Source: Oligoflexia bacterium
GTDB lineage: Bacteria > Bdellovibrionota_G > JANQFH01
Length of the DNA stretch: 64,000 bases
Direction of reading: 5' to 3'
Assembly: GCA_028277945.1 (NCBI GenBank)
Contig: JANQFH010000024.1
Span: 102,917-166,916 of the forward strand
Below, in pieces: positions 62,967 through 64,000 of this stretch (position 1 is its first letter; each line of letters opens with the position of its first letter). The notes below the pieces were generated by a model. That model was not told the origin of the DNA, searched no databases, and was given only the letters and a program-made list of their open reading frames with translations. Both the position numbers and the translations under genes were made by a program.

Positions 62967-63112
62967 CTCAAAACAGAGTAGCGGGTGACGCGCCGGAGGG
63001 GCCCGCCTCCCGCCCAGTGCAACGCGAACTAGCGCAGCGTTGCGCAATATCACAAGACAGGACGGGAGGATGGGAGCATACGGCGCGGCAGGACCCGTTA
63101 CTCTGTTTTGAG
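62967..63112 (+). other. 146-nt imperfect long hairpin (structured RNA or MITE-like element) ending in the pth Shine-Dalgarno
   Basis: A 14-bp perfect outer stem, CTCAAAACAGAGTA / TACTCTGTTTTGAG. Inner stems are CGGGT/ACCCG, CGCGCCG/CGGCGCG, CCTCCCG/CGGGAGG and an apical GCAACGC/GCGTTGC. Confidence 0.6.
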
Positions 63113-63120
63113 GCTATGAA

Positions 63121-63780
63121 ATGAGTCTCAGTTTAGTAGTAGGCTTGGGCAATCCGGGCGGCGAGTACGCTGCAACAAGACACAACCTCGGCTTTCTTAT
63201 TGTCGACGCTTACCTGGCAAAGTGTGGTTTGAACTCACACAAGCACGGACTTTGGAAGCAGCTCCTGAGCAAAAAGCTGTGGCAGAAAAAATTTTCAGCA
63301 AAGTTTCTCGATCTTGAAAGGGTCGCTCCAGAAGTCCTAAAAAAAATAGGAATTCGCTATTGGTTAAAGCCCACAACCTTTATGAACCGCAGCGGCCAAT
63401 CTGTCGGTCCCTGCTTGCACACCCTGCAGTTAAAACCAGAGCAGATGTTGGTGGTGCACGACGATCTGGACATACCCCTGGGAAAAGTTAAGGTTAAGAG
63501 CTCCGGCGGTCATGGTGGCCATAACGGCATACGCTCCATCATCGACGCTGTGGCTGGCGACGGCTTCTGGCGTTTGCGTATTGGTATTGGTAAGCCAGCG
63601 GCAGATTTTGGTGGTGATGGTGCCGATTGGGTATTGCAGCCCAAAGATAGCGAAGAGCTGCAACCCTGTATTGCCGCGGGAACGCAAGCGCTCACAACAA
63701 TCGTGCAACACGGTTTAGAAAAGGCTATGCAGATCATACATACCAATACAGATAAGGAGAGAGATGATGTTGACGGATAA
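63121..63780 (+). CDS. pth: Peptidyl-tRNA hydrolase
   Basis: [30 protein letters not shown] and GGHGGHNG. It carries a ~25-aa Lys-rich insertion relative to E. coli Pth as I remember it. Confidence 0.92.
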   Translation: MSLSLVVGLGNPGGEYAATRHNLGFLIVDAYLAKCGLNSHKHGLWKQLLSKKLWQKKFSAKFLDLERVAPEVLKKIGIRYWLKPTTFMNRSGQSVGPCLHTLQLKPEQMLVVHDDLDIPLGKVKVKSSGGHGGHNGIRSIIDAVAGDGFWRLRIGIGKPAADFGGDGADWVLQPKDSEELQPCIAAGTQALTTIVQHGLEKAMQIIHTNTDKERDDVDG

Positions 63781-64000
63781 GTTTTCAACCTTGGTCGTTG
63801 GCATGCCAGTGCTCGCCATTCTTGGCATGGTAGTCACCGCCTTTATTTATCTGACGGTAAAACGCTATCCTGAAGGTAATGAGACCATGGTATCGCTAGC
63901 GACCTCGATTCGCGAGGGAGCGATGGTCTTTCTCAAGCGCGAGTACAGCATCTTGGCGATTTTTGTTTTGCTTGTCTTTGTGCTGTTAACGCTTACTAAA
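63764..64000 (+). CDS. hppA: N-terminal fragment of a membrane-bound proton/sodium-translocating pyrophosphatase (runs off the window)
   Basis: This ORF is not in the track because it has no stop. ATG 63764 follows [39 protein letters not shown]...[23 protein letters not shown] matches the conserved I..GA..FL..EY N-terminus of H+-PPases. It overlaps the pth stop by 17 nt. Confidence 0.65.
   Translation, partial: MMLTDKFSTLVVGMPVLAILGMVVTAFIYLTVKRYPEGNETMVSLATSIREGAMVFLKREYSILAIFVLLVFVLLTLTK

Noticed and set aside
62967-63112. Idea that the long hairpin is a 6S RNA gene
   Set aside because: It has only a generic long-hairpin-with-bulge shape. I cannot verify the conserved 6S central-bubble features, and the usual genomic context is absent. 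It is left unassigned.
62909-63124. 71-aa ORF between rplY and pth
   Set aside because: It is entirely made of the long-hairpin element, has a GTG start with no RBS, and runs into the pth start. A structural element is the better explanation.
1-64000. Search for CRISPR arrays, rRNA genes, transposases, integrases and phage structural genes
   Set aside because: I saw no regularly spaced short repeats, no rRNA-like sequence, and no ORF with recombinase or transposase motifs (DDE, tyrosine-recombinase R..H..R..Y, serine-recombinase) in any frame.

Overview
This 64-kb piece comes from a diderm (Gram-negative) bacterial chromosome. Rough hand counts give about 50-55% G+C in the housekeeping genes. 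Gene content and order resemble deltaproteobacteria-type lineages (Myxococcota/Bdellovibrionota/Desulfobacterota), but I cannot resolve the lineage without a database search. I can support about 60 protein genes and one tRNA (Gln-UUG). I found no rRNA, no CRISPR array and no transposase or integrase gene. All product calls rest on motifs I recognise in the translated ORFs, not on searches.

Backbone, left to right:
- TPR fragment, ccsA/hemX-like membrane gene, hemA-hemC-hemD
- REC-domain response regulator, valS, short birA, an 885-aa secreted acidic protein, a divergent EF-G paralog
- yfgM-like, OMP and bamB-like genes, a DUF2723/TPR membrane protein, pgeF, ihfA, a Tam41-like gene, phaR
- Sugar dehydrogenase, 2-Cys peroxiredoxin, fabD, pal-cpoB, tsaD, rsmA
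- era-der, a DUF2089-lemA-TPM operon, mreC-mreD-mrdA-rodA
- ispE-spoVG-tRNA-Gln-prs ... rplY-pth-hppA

Accessory or odd patches:
1. An AT-rich orphan AAA+/DUF4143 ATPase (25.3-26.5 kb).
2. An AT-rich HEPN/MNT pair sitting next to the stump of a pfkB kinase gene (34.4-35.8 kb).
3. An AT-rich GT-B-like gene (38.4-39.6 kb).
4. A composite repeat present twice (6.0-6.2 kb and 15.85-16.06 kb).
5. A 54-bp perfect palindrome inside the bamB-like leader.
6. A 146-nt hairpin abutting the pth ribosome-binding site.

The best candidate for something undescribed is a ~10.3-kb insertion that splits the conserved prs-rplY-pth string (51.8-62.1 kb). It contains a BrnT/BrnA cassette bracketed by a 52-bp duplication of the prs 3' end. 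It also contains a small secreted coiled-coil protein and a secreted HEAT-repeat protein. Its largest gene encodes a 2411-aa protein with a signal peptide, a block of membrane helices, an HEIGH motif, an internal SEC-C zinc motif and two near-identical 36-aa repeats that delimit modules.
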